Positions 42,977 through 55,714 of a stretch of 64,000 nucleotides of DNA are shown piece by piece. Both the position numbers and the translations under genes were made by a program. The notes beneath the pieces are model-generated. The model was given only the letters and a program-made list of their open reading frames with translations. It did not search any database and was not told where the DNA came from. This DNA is from Octopus vulgaris (Eukaryota): NCBI GenBank assembly GCA_951406725.2, contig CATOCA020000001.1, positions 11,656,001-11,720,000 of the forward strand, given 5' to 3'. The first letter of the stretch is position 1. Each line of letters starts with the position of its first letter.

Positions 42977-45900
42977 AGCTAGTCTTAAGAAGCTGCGCTA
43001 TAAGCAATGCTTACATGTAGAGAACCCTAAACTGACAGATCCATCTCCTAATATAAGAATGGATGCTCGTCATGCTTCAAGGTCAACAAATCAAACAATA
43101 AACCGCATTGGTCGTTGCGCTGATTACAAAAGACCACGTACCCGAAAATTGAACCAAATTCTGATTGAAAAATCAGCTACTGGATTATATCTTCCCAACA
43201 CACAGGAGCTGGACGTACCCCACAACCGGAATATTCCAACAGATGGCCATCCATGCTCATCACCAAATAATCAAAACAAAAAGAAGGAGAAATGGTCTAG
43301 AGAAGATAATAAAGAAGTTCTTGAGGCCTTCTACCATGCCATATATTTCCCCACAGATAAATCTAGCACTGTACAAGCATACTTAAACTGGAGACAGAAA
43401 CACCCTGAAGTAAGACCCTACATAGACAGTAACAAACTTGCCAACGTCAGAAGAAACATTATAAAAAAAAAGATACTGACTGAAGTAGAGATTGATCAAG
43501 TTAGACAAGCAATATCGGATAAAATGAACGAAGCTGCAGCTAGAGAAGATAATACAGAGGAAATAATTTTAGACCAGCCCAGGGCTGATAAAAACGAAGT
43601 GAGGATTGAAAGAGTTAGTATAAGTGATAGGCAAAGTGAAATACTCCCTGAACCAATCATAAACACTAAGACAGATGAACATCAAATAGATAAAGAAAGT
43701 CACACAAATATTGACCCAACAGAACTACATGAGCTAAAAAATCAAACCATGATTGAATGGCTGAAAATTAAAGAAACCAGCATGGATGAACGTGATACAC
43801 TTCCTAAAATCCGCAACTCTAACCAAAACATGAAAATAATTGGTAAAATCCGGCTTGCACTTAAGGATATAATTTCAGCTAATGATGTTGATATCACAAA
43901 CCTCAACCACCTATACTATGCATCCGCGAAAATCTCAACGATCCTATGTGGTGTAAAGATTAGAAAACGGCAACATTCCCACAAAAAGCCTTCTTGGCAA
44001 GAGCGTCTGCAACAACAAAATAAAATATTTAGATCTGACATTGAATATTTGAAAAACCTTAAGGCTCACAAGACTACCAAACCTACAAAAACCCCAAAAT
44101 TACTGAAAAAATACAATATGAAAACTATACTTGATATTGATGCCACCATAGAAACCATCAAACAAAAGGTATCTGCCAAAGCTGCCCGCATAGCGAGGTA
44201 TGAAAAGCGTGTTAGATTTTTCAAGGACAACAACATGTTCAAAAATAACACCAAGAATTTTTACAGGAAGATAGGAAAAACAGCGTTTACTGCAGGGTCT
44301 GTACCATCAAAAGAAGAAGTGCAGAGATTTTGGAATAAAATCTGGGCAGAAGAAAAAACACACAACAAAAAGGCCCCCTGGATTGACAGAATATCTACAG
44401 AACTGGACCCCTTAGAAGAGCAAAAGTGGGATGGTGTCAAGGTAGAAGATATAAGATCTGCTCTCAGGAGGTCAAGCAAATGGAAGTCTCCAGGAAAGGA
44501 TAAAATTCCTAACTTCTGGCTGAATGCCTTCCCAGAGAGCCATGAACTGCTAACAGAACTGTACAATGATGTTTTGCAACACCCTAGTAGGATGCCTCCT
44601 TGGCTAGTTAATGGGTTAACATTCCTGCTTCCAAAAAGTGAAGAAACAAATGAACCAAAAAACTATAGACCCATAACCTGCTTAACAACTATGTATAAAA
44701 CACTAACATCTGTCCTGACGGAATATACCTATAGTTTTTTCACAGACAGCAGCATATTCCCTAATGAACAGAAAGGATGTAAACGTGGATCCTACGGCTG
44801 TAAAGACCAACTACTCATCAATAAGGTGATCTTAGAAGATTGTCACAAACGACACAAAAACTTATCAATAGCCTGGATAGACTACAAAAAGGCTTTTGAT
44901 AGCCTACCACATAGCTGGATTAGGAAATGCCTGGAAATGTATAAGATAGCACCTACTCTGCGAAACTTCTTGACTGTAAGTATGAGATTATGGAGAACCA
45001 CACTAACTCTGAACAGTGACAATGAATCCCTAAATGCTGGTGATATAAAAATTTCGTGTGGCATTTTCCAGGGTGACTCACTGTCACCACTCCTCTTTTG
45101 TTTATCCTTAATACCTCTCTCAAAGCTGCTCAATGATGCGCAGTACGGGTATAAAATGTTTGATAAAAATATAAATCATCTCATTTACATGGATGATTTA
45201 AAGCTTTTTGCAAAAAATGACCAACAACTCAAGGGCTTACTAACGATAGTCAAACAATTCAGTGACGACATCAGAATGCAATTCGGCCTCGATAAATGTG
45301 CAAAAGCTACCTTTATCAAAGGCAAAATGACAGAAACATCTAACGTTAACCTTGACCAGCAGAATGTCATAAAAGAACTAGACCCAGCGGAGAGCTACAA
45401 GTACCTAGGGGTAATTGAAGGGAACGGAATAAGGCATTCAGAGATGAAGGAAAGGATCAGGAGAGAATGCTATCGAAGAGTGAGAGCAATACTCAAGACA
45501 GAGCTGAATGCAAGAAACAGGATCGAAGCGATCAATGCATTAGCCATACCAGTCGTGACTTACAGTTTCAATATTGTTAACTGGTCAATTACTGAAATAT
45601 GTCAGCTCGACAGAAAAATAAGAAAACTGTTGACAATGCATAGAATGCACCACCCTAAGGCAGATACAGAACGACTCTATCTGCCAAGAAAAGAGGGAGG
45701 CCGTGGTCTTTTGCAACTGGCAATAACAATGAAGATTGCTACAATTGGCCTAGACACCTACCTGAAAAACTCTGAGGACTGGATGTTAAAACTTGTCTCA
45801 AAACATGAAAACAAGAAAGCATCATACTCAGTCACAAAACAGGCAAAGGAATATCTAAGTGAATTCCGAATACAACCAATTTCGGAATTAGAGATAGACA

Positions 45901-46940
45901 TACAAGAAACAAGCACAGAAAAAGCTAGGCGCATGAAAACCCGTGCCAAAACTGCGGCCTTAGATATTCTGAATAATAAATGGCAAGAAAAACCTCTCTA
46001 TGGCAAATACCCAAAGAGAGCGAATAATGCAGATATCGACAAAGCCCTGACCCATCAATGGCTAATGGCCTCTGGCTTAAAATCTGAAACAGAGGGGTTT
46101 ATCATAGCAGCTCAAGATCAATGCCTACCAACAAGAAACTACCAGGCCAACATATTAAAGAACGGCAGTAACCCAACATGTCGTGTATGCAAGCAACAAA
46201 TGAAACCATTGACCATGTGGTCTCCAAATGCAGTCTTCTAGCGCCTACAGAGTACCTCAGTAGGCATGATAGAGCTGCACAATATATTCACTGGGTAATT
46301 TGCAAAAACCTGGATTTGCCCCATGAAAAAAACTGGTGGGAACACAATCCACCTCCAGTGCTTGAAAATGACCACATCTCACTCCTCTGGAACTTCACCA
46401 TTCAAACTGACAGGAAGATAGATGCAAATAGGCCAGACATCATATTGAAAGACTTCAGACAAAGAACATGCCTCCTCATTGATATGACTGTCCCAATCGA
46501 TATAAACGTATCTGTCAAGACCTACCAAAAACTGAGCAAATATAAAGATCTTGAAATAGAAATCAGCAAAATGTGGAACCTGAAGACTAAAACAATACCT
46601 GTTGTCATAGGTGCCCTGGGAATGATAGCGAAAGGGACTGATTGCTACCTAACTCAGATACCAGGAAACCCCAAAATGGCAGAAATTCAAAAGATAGTGC
46701 TCATGGGAACTGCTCATATCCTACGCAAAATACTCTCTATGTAATCCCAAGGTTTAAAACAAACTTTTTTTTCTTTTTTTTTTAAATTCTTATTTTTATG
46801 TATTAGACATTCACTAGTACAACACCAAAAAAACCCCCACAAATATATGGCACAGAACTTCCAACCTGTTATCTCTTGAGGTCTCTGGGTGAGACTTGGA
46901 GCCAACTTGTACAGACATAAAGCAAAAGTCAAACATAGAA
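42977..46940 (+). mobile_element. Apparently full-length R4/Dong retrotransposon, family B
   Basis: Single ORF 43059-46744 (~1228 aa) broken by one missing base at ~46200; N-terminal KWSREDN, RT (YMDDLKL), CCHC knuckle, RLE (RHD, RPDI); flanked by (TAA)n. Confidence 0.95.
43059..46744 (+). CDS. Dong/R4 ORF: reverse transcriptase + zinc knuckle + restriction-like endonuclease (1-nt frameshift)
   Basis: ORFs 43059-46241 and 46178-46744 join if one A is restored at caacaaa|tgaaacc, giving CRVCKQQNETIDH. Confidence 0.9.
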
Positions 46941-47022
46941 TAATAATAATAATAATAACAACAATAATAATAATAAATAATAATAATAATAATAATAATG
47001 ATAATAATATCAATAATATTAA

Positions 47023-47096
<74 letters not shown>

Positions 47097-47161
47097 TTAA
47101 TTTCAATACAAATAATAATAATAATAATAATAACAATAATAACAACAGCAATAATAATAAT

Positions 47162-47217
<56 letters not shown>

Positions 47218-47233
47218 CGATAATGATAATGAT

Positions 47234-47304
<71 letters not shown>

Positions 47305-47320
47305 TAATACTACTAATAAT
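46941..47320 (+). repeat. Degenerate (TAA)n array
   Basis: Direct inspection. Confidence 0.95.
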
Positions 47321-47734
47321 CTCTTATTATAAAAGGCAGATTTTATCTGCCTCCCCTTGGGAGTTATACAAATCTACAATATAGGATTTCTTCAATTACA
47401 ATTTACCTAGCATTTTTAAGAGTACAATGCATCGCGTCATGACAGGTCCAGTTTTTAAAATTTAAACTCCAATTAAGCAAAATTTACAGAAAACTCACAT
47501 TCTGGTGTGTGTGTCAAATGCTTTTATTAGTCTGGTTTACACCACACGCAAACGCACACACACAGTGGGCAACGAATAAAATGAAAGTAAATAGCGACAG
47601 AGTGATTTGAGGAAGACTAAAGTGAAAGTATTCTGTCTATGACGCTGACAGATACATGAGTAAAATGTATGGGAAGCTAAGAGCTAAGAGTGAGTGAAAA
47701 TGTTCTTGGAAGAGAGTAATTAGTAATAAAGTAA

Positions 47735-48032
47735 ACATACACTCATACATACATACATACATACATACATACATACATACATACATACATACATACATAC
47801 ATACATACACATACACACACACATACATACACACACACATACATACACACATACATACATACATATACATACATACATACATATACATACATACATACAC
47901 ACACACACATACATACACACACACAGTATTGAAGCTTGAGAACAATCAGATACATTTGCAACACATCTGTTGAAAATATTATTGTTCACACACATACATA
48001 TACATATATACATACAGACAGACAGACAGACA

Positions 48033-48075
<43 letters not shown>
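47735..48075 (+). repeat. (CATA)n / (CA)n microsatellites
   Basis: Direct inspection. Confidence 0.95.
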
Positions 48076-48078
<3 letters not shown>

Positions 48079-48124
48079 ATCCAGCATGGCCACAACCTCA
48101 AGGCTGAAACATATAAAAGAATAA

Positions 48125-48495
48125 CAGAATATAAATGTGTGCAAAGTACAAGAAATATTAATGCAGTATATGGGGATTGGACAATAAGCGTAAGGCAGTG
48201 TCAATGGTGGTTCCAGAAATCCCGAGCCATCAACTACAGCCTAGAAGACGAGCCTCATCCTGAAAGATCTGTAGAACTCGACAAGGACATCCTGAAAACC
48301 CTGGTGGAACAAAATATCATCGTAACTGTTGAGGAACTAGCAGAGAAGCTTGGATTTGGTCATTCAACCATTCTTTGACACCTGTGTGCTATCGGAAAAG
48401 TCAGCAAATTGGGTCAATGGGTTCTTCACGAACTTTCCGAGTCTAATTGCATGCAGAGAGTGAATGTATGCTTTTCTTTGCTGTCATATCTCACC
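48125..48495 (+). mobile_element. Mariner transposase N-terminal fragment
   Basis: RNINAVYG, WFQK....SLEDEP, VEELAEKLG..HSTI, GQWV.HEL. Confidence 0.8.
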
Positions 48496-48513
48496 ACTAC
48501 CGCGCTATGTATA

Positions 48514-49150
48514 TCTATATATATAAAACTGTAGTTGTGTGAGTGTCTGTCCCCTTCGATTTAGATTCCTAACTACTCCCACATTTTGCGGTACAGTTTA
48601 ACCAAATTCGGGTAGCTTATAGTCGTGATTCATATCGAGCCCGTCTGAATATTAGCGCGCGTCTACGATGAGTCTACGATTTTAAAAATAATTTAACATC
48701 ATTTTTTATTCCATTTTAATGCATAATTTTTCGTGTGTCGATGGCGGCGGAGTTGGCGTCCACGCTCACACCTGCACCTGTGGGGAAGGGAGTGTAAGGA
48801 AATCAACGTCGTAATGCGTTGTCAAGGAGACCAGTGTTCTTTTAGAACAACGACTTCATGGCTTGAAGACACCAAAACAGAAATGGCTAAGAAAGCGTCT
48901 ACATGAGTCTACGATTTAAAAAAAAATTTACCATCGTTTTTTTTCCATTTTAATGCATTTTTTCGCTATTATATAAGGGAAGTAACTCTCTAAAAATGTC
49001 TACGATGAGTCAACGATTTAAAAAAAAATTTACCATCATATTTTTTCCATTTTTAATGCATTTTTTGCTATTTTTTGGCTATAACTCTCTAAAAATGCTT
49101 ATATAGTTATTTCCCTTACAAACCCGAGCAACGCCGGGCGATACTGTTAG
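48514..49150 (+). mobile_element. Non-autonomous Helitron
   Basis: a|TCtatatatataaaa start; 3' hairpin cccgagcaacgccggg then ttag|t; internal repeats of gagtctacgattt. Confidence 0.8.
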
Positions 49151-49160
49151 TAATAATAAT

Positions 49161-51856
49161 AAAAGATTTACCTGAGATAAAAGAAAAGCTGAAGCAAGAT
49201 ATCCTTGCCAAAGCACAAAGGATCCGCCGGTACGAGAAACGCCAGCGCTTCTTTGAACAAAACAAAAAGTTCAACTCCAACCCCAAAAAGTTCTACCAAG
49301 AACTTGGCAAAAATAAAAATAAAATAGAAATCACTACAGTACCAACGGCAGAAGAAGTGGAAGAATTCTGGAGAGAAATAAGGTCAGCGAACGAACAACA
49401 AAAAAAAAAGAAGTATCGAAACAACAAACTCAGCATCTGAGCAACTTTGGACCCCTATAACAACTGAAGAGGTCACCCAGGCACTGCAAAGACTAAGCAA
49501 CTGGAAGGCACCTGGGCAACTTCTGGTTGAAATATCTAACAGGAATGCACAAAAAGCTGGCTGAAAACTTTAACAGCATGCTAGCAGAGCCAGAGACAAT
49601 GCCTGAATGGCTCACGAAGGGGAAAACCATCTTAATTCCCAAATCAAATGAGACAGCAAAACCAGAAAACTACAGACCAATAACCTGTCTCCCTACAATA
49701 TACAAGGCACTTACTGCAGTGTTATCGCAAAGGTTGAACAAGCACCTGGACGAAAACAACCTGTTTCCAGAAGATCAGAAAGGATGCCGCAAAGGCTCAT
49801 ATGGCTGTAAAGATCAACTAATGATTAATAAAGCCATAACTGAAGACAGCCACAGAAAGAAGAAAGGCCTCAGTATGGCCTGGATTGACTACAAAAAGGC
49901 GTTTGATAGCATCCCCCATCCATGGATCCTCGAAACACTGGCCATTAACAAAGTAGCACCAACAATTATAAAATTCATAGAGCACTCTATGAATAAATGG
50001 CAAACAGTGCTACAGCTCCAAACAAAAGAGGGACTCATGAAAACCAAAGACATCCCCATTAGAAGAGGAATATTCCAGGGAGCCACGCTCTCTCCACTCC
50101 TTTTCTGCTTGGCACTGTCACCTCTATCTGATATGCTAAATAGAACTGGATGCGGATATAAATGTTACGGCAAAACGATCAGCGACCTTTTATATATGGA
50201 TGACTTAAAACTATACGCTGCAAATGACAAACAGCTGGAAACACTATTAAAGACAGTTCATGGATTTACCAAAGAAATAGAAATGAAATTTGGATTAGAA
50301 AAATGTGCCAAAGTAACCATGAAAAGAGGAAAACTAGTTAAGAGTAGTAACATCACACTAGATAAAACCAATGAAATAAAAGAATTAGACCAATGCCAAA
50401 CTTACAAATACTTAGGAATCCATGAACTAGATAAGACACAACACACACAAATGAAAGAGAAAATAAAAAAAGAATATTATAGACGAGTTAGATCAATACT
50501 AAACATAGAGCTCAATGCTAAAAACAAGATAATAGGTATCAACACTTTAGCTGTCCCAGTTATAAGTTACAGCTACAATATCCTTAACTGGACACTAAAT
50601 GAACTGACCAAAATAGATAGGAAAACAAGAAAAATAATGACGGTCTAGGATGCATCACCCAAAATCTGACATAGAAAGACTATATATACAACGTATAGAA
50701 GGTGGTAGAGGCCTTATACAGCTGGAAAACTACTATAAAATAACCACCATAGGACTGCAAAAATATCTACTTCAGAAGGAAGGAAAACTGATACAAATAG
50801 CGGCAAAACACGAGCAAAACAAAAAACTGTTCTCAGTATTTAAGGAAGCTGACAAATACAATCAAGAAATCATACCACCTAATAAATATAAAGAAGAAGA
50901 AGAAGAAGAAAATGAAGAAACAACAAAAGCTATAAAACAAATGAAATCCAAACTAAAAACAGAACAGCAACGAACCATGATAAAACGATGGCAAGAAAAG
51001 CCCCTTCGTGGTAAATACTGGACTAAACTAAACGCAAAAGAAATAGACAAAGAAAAATCCCAGAAATGGTTGAGAAGCTCAGGACTCAAAGCAGTGACAG
51101 AGGGATTTTTAATTGCAGCACAAGACCAAAGCCTCCCCACCAGAAATTACCAAAAACATGTAATGAAAAGAAATATAACAAGTAACTGCAGAATATGTGG
51201 AGATGGACAAGAAACAATAAATCATATTATCTCTAGCTGCCCAGTCCTAGCTAAGAAGGAATATATTCACAGACATGACAAAGTTGGAACCTACATACAC
51301 TGGAAGCTATGCCAACATTATGGAATAACAACAGAAAAAAGATGGTATAGGCACACACCAGAAAAGGTCACAGAAAACGAGAAAGCAACCATACTCTGGG
51401 ATATGCCGATACACACAGATAGAGAAATTAAGGCCAACAGACCAGATATAGTTGTCAGAGATCATGAAGAAAAAAATGCTTTCTAATTGATGTATCAATA
51501 CCGGCTGATGACAACGTTTCTCTAAAAGAAATGGAGAAACTTTCAAAATACAAAGACCTGGAAATAAAGGTAACCAGAATGTGGAATCTAAAAACAGAAA
51601 TAATTCCTATCATAGTAGGTGCATTAGGCATGATAAAAAAAATATTCAGACAAATACATAACAAAAACACCAGGACTTACAAACACATATAACATACAGA
51701 AAATTGCACTACTAGGCACTGCCCACATCCTACGCAGAACACTTTCCATACAATAACCATCAGAGCATCACAATAAATCACAGCACATACCGAAGGCACA
51801 CAGAGCTGCGCTCGGTAGTGAAGTGAAAGCACGCTATAAAAATAAAACTACTGAAT
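49161..51856 (+). mobile_element. 5'-truncated R4/Dong family A copy with frameshifts
   Basis: ORFs 49527-50648 and 50650-51486 nearly identical to 40008-41936; followed by (TAA)n. Confidence 0.95.
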
Positions 51857-51857
51857 G

Positions 51858-51945
<88 letters not shown>

Positions 51946-51978
51946 TAATAATAATAATGATAATAATAATAATAATAA

Positions 51979-52155
51979 TTTAACCTAAATGTATTTTAAT
52001 TTAACCTAAGTGTATTTTAATTTAACCTAAATGTATTTTAATTTAACCTAAATGTATTTTAATTTAACCTAAATGTATTTTAATTTAACCTAAATGTATT
52101 TTAATTTAACCTAAATGTATTTTAATTTAACCTAACTGTATTTTAATTTAACCTA
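51979..52155 (+). repeat. 21-bp minisatellite (tttaacctaaatgtattttaa), ~8 copies
   Basis: Direct inspection. Confidence 0.95.
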
Positions 52156-52289
52156 AAAAAAAAAAAATTAACGAACTACTGAGTTTGGTTTAATTGGCCT
52201 ATCATTGTATACTATGAGTTTCTTTGCCCTAGGAGTCGGGAAGACACTCGGCAAGAAATGGAAGCAAATTTGAAAGAAGAAAAAAAAAA

Positions 52290-52350
<61 letters not shown>

Positions 52351-53358
52351 TAATAATAATAATAATGATAATAATAATGATATTGATAATAATAATAAGA
52401 GGTGAGGTAAGAAGGCGGCTGGACGTGACAGAGGATGGACGTATTTTTCCGATGCTCTGAACTCTCGACAGCTAACCGCGCGGGACAACTGAAAATAACA
52501 ACTGTAGAATACTGGAAGATCTACTGTTTTCTGTGAGTAATTTGAATTTCCTTCAAAATAAGTTAAGGAACTTACATATCTACAGCTCATACAAACGTAC
52601 ACCTAACAAGAAATATTAGAAACATAAATATCTCCAATTTTGTGAACATTTAGCCGTCTTATGACTATAAGAATGTGTAAAATTGCCTTTTATTGTAACA
52701 ACACAATTAAATGCACGATAAAAAATTATGGAATTAAGCACCTGCTAATATATACATACAACTGAATCCAGAAATTAAAAAAATATATACATAACATTGA
52801 ATTCAGAAATTTTAAAAAAAATCATCGACGTAAGCATCAGATAATATGTGTGTGTGAGTATACACATACATATGTATGTGGAAAGGAAGAAAAGAGAAAA
52901 TTAAAAAAAAATAAATGTAAACAGGTTTGACCTTTTACTGACCATTAATGTCATTTGTCTCCACCATCTGCTGAATCTATTTATAGAACCATAGAACATG
53001 ACCTCTTTAACCAACCATTCCCCACACAATGGCAGTAGTGGTGATGACAGTGGCTGTGAATACACATAAAACAATGTCATTGATGATGATGATGGTGATG
53101 GTGGTGAAGGTGATAGTAATAACAATAATAACTGACAGATCCCTTTTTTTTTCTTTTCTTTCTCCGTATTTTATTCTCATTATTTCGAACTTATTTTATA
53201 AGTTTAAAAGAGGAAGGAAAAGAAGGAAGGAAAAAGGGGAAGAAGGAGATAGAGAGAAAGAGAAAGGAAAAAAGGAAAAGAGAGGAAAAAAGAAAAAAGA
53301 GGAAAAAAATGTTCGGAGATAAAACAATCAACAAAAAAATACAGACGAATACAGATCT

Positions 53359-54686
53359 GTTAGCCTTAAGAAGCTGCGCTACGAGCAATGCTTACGTGTA
53401 GAGAACCCTAAACTGACAGATCCATCTCCTAATGTAAGAATGGAAGCTCGTCATGCTTCAATGTCAACAAACCAAACAATAAACCGCATTGGTCGTTGCG
53501 CTGATTACAAAAGACCACGTACCCGAAAATTGAACCAAATTCTGATTGAAAAATCAGCTACTGGATCAAATCTTCCCAACACACAGGAGCTGGACGTACC
53601 CCACAACCGGAATATTCCAACAGATGGCCATCCATGCTCGTCACCAAATAGTCAAAACAAAAAGAAGGAAAAATGGTCTAGGGAAGATAATAAAGAAGTT
53701 CTTGAGGCCTTCTACCATGCCATATATTTCCCCACAGATAAATCTAGCACTGTACAAGCATACTTAAACTGGAGACAGAAACACCCTGAAGTAAGACCCT
53801 ACATAGACAGTAACAAACTTGCCAACGTCAGAAGAAACATTATAAAAAAAAAAGATACTGACTGAAGTAGAGATTGATCAAGTTAGACAAGCAATATCAG
53901 ATAAAATGAACGAAGCTGCAGCTAGAGAAGATAATACAGAGGAAATAATTTTAGACCAGCCCAGGGCTGATAAAAACGAAGTGAGGATTGAAAGAGTTAG
54001 TATAAGTGATAGGCAAAGTGAAATACTCCCTGAACCAATCATAAACACTAAGACAGATGAACATCAAATAGATAAAGAAAGTCACACAAATATTGACCCA
54101 ACAGAACTACATCAGCTAAAAAATCAAATCATGATTGAATGGCTGAAAATTAAAGAAACCAGCATGGATGAACGTGATACACTTCCTAAAATCCGCAACT
54201 CTAACCAAAACATGAAAATAATTGGTAAAATCCGGCTTGCACTTAAGGATATAATTTCAGCTAATGATGCTGATATCACAAATCTCAACCACCTATACTA
54301 TGCATCCGCGAAAATCTCAACGATCCTATGTGGTGTAAAGATCAGAAAACGGCAACATTCCCACAAAAAGCCTTCTTGGCAAGAGCGTCTGCAACAACAA
54401 ATTAAACTATTTAGATCTGACATTGAATATTTGAAAAACCTTAAGGTTCACAAGACAACCAAACCTACAAAAACCCCAAAATTACTGAAAAAATACAATA
54501 TGAAAACTATACTTGATATTGATGCCACCATAGAAACCATCAAACAAAAGGTATCTGCCAAAGCTGCCCGCATAGCGAGGTATGAAAAGCGTGTTAGATT
54601 TTTCAAGGACAACAACATGTTCAAAAATAACACCAAGAATTTTTACAGGAAGATAGGAAAAACAGCGTTTACAGCAAGGTCTGTAT
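53359..54686 (+). mobile_element. R4/Dong family B, 5' portion only (3'-truncated)
   Basis: Near-identical to 42978-44305; extra A in an A-run near 53850 shifts the frame. Confidence 0.95.
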
Positions 54687-54953
54687 CATCAAACATTTTC
54701 ATCAAACATTTTCATCAAACAATTTCATCAAACATTTTCATCAAACATTTTTCATCGAACATTTATCATGAAACAATTTCATCAAACATTTTCATCAAAC
54801 ATTTATCATCAAACATTGTCATCAAACATTTTCATCAAACATTTTCATCAAACATATTCATCAAACATTTTCATCAAACATTTTCATCAAACAATTTCAT
54901 CAAACATTTTTCATCAAACATTTTCATCAAAATTTTAATCAAACATTTTCATC
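54686..54953 (+). repeat. 13-bp minisatellite (catcaaacatttt), ~20 copies
   Basis: Direct inspection. Confidence 0.95.
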
Positions 54954-55338
54954 ATTATATATAGATGTACGTATATATATATATATATATTTTTATTTTT
55001 TTATCTTTTTTTATTTTTTATTTTTTATTATTTTTTTATTTTTATATTTATTTTTATTTTCCCTTTCTCTTTTTGTCTCTCTCCCCTTCTCCAAACACAC
55101 AGAGACACACACACAAACACACGGACACACAGAGACACACACACACACACACCTCCACAAAACGATCATAGAAAGTATGACCCCAAATGACATTTGTCCG
55201 GCCAGCCTACCCACAACACACACTCAGTGACACCAGAATTGACAGAGAGCCAAAATTCTTTGAAAACCATAGGGGGTCCAGCAGGCCAACGGAAATACTT
55301 CTTCTTCCCTCTCAGATACAAACGCGCACACACACACA

Positions 55339-55403
<65 letters not shown>

Positions 55404-55714
55404 ATACACACTTGTTTTCTCTGTCTCACTTCCTCCTCACCCTCTTATACTGTCTTATTCCTCCCCACTAATACGAAACTATAAAATGTTCAAATTCCCC
55501 ACAAAGGAATTGATTTGATTTGAAAACCCCACTGGATTGGGAGAAAGCGCTAATAATCCGAATGATATGATCTGAATGATATGATAGATATATATATGTA
55601 AAAAATGTAATATATAAATAAATATCTATAAATATGAACCATCCGATCTGATTACCTCATTTTTTCTAATATATAATACCTGTACATCATCTCCAAACCT
55701 TCCAATACATATAT

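Noticed and set aside
51979-52155. Telomere-like CCTAA within the 21-mer array
   Set aside because: Only one pentamer per unit; not a (TTAGGG)n or (TTAGG)n tract
53906-54964. Novel repetitive C-terminus (SSNIFIKHF) on the Dong protein
   Set aside because: Read-through into the 13-bp minisatellite after truncation
55166-55560. Short non-repetitive segments between (CA)n tracts as possible viral or host exons
   Set aside because: No recognisable motif or consistent splice signals
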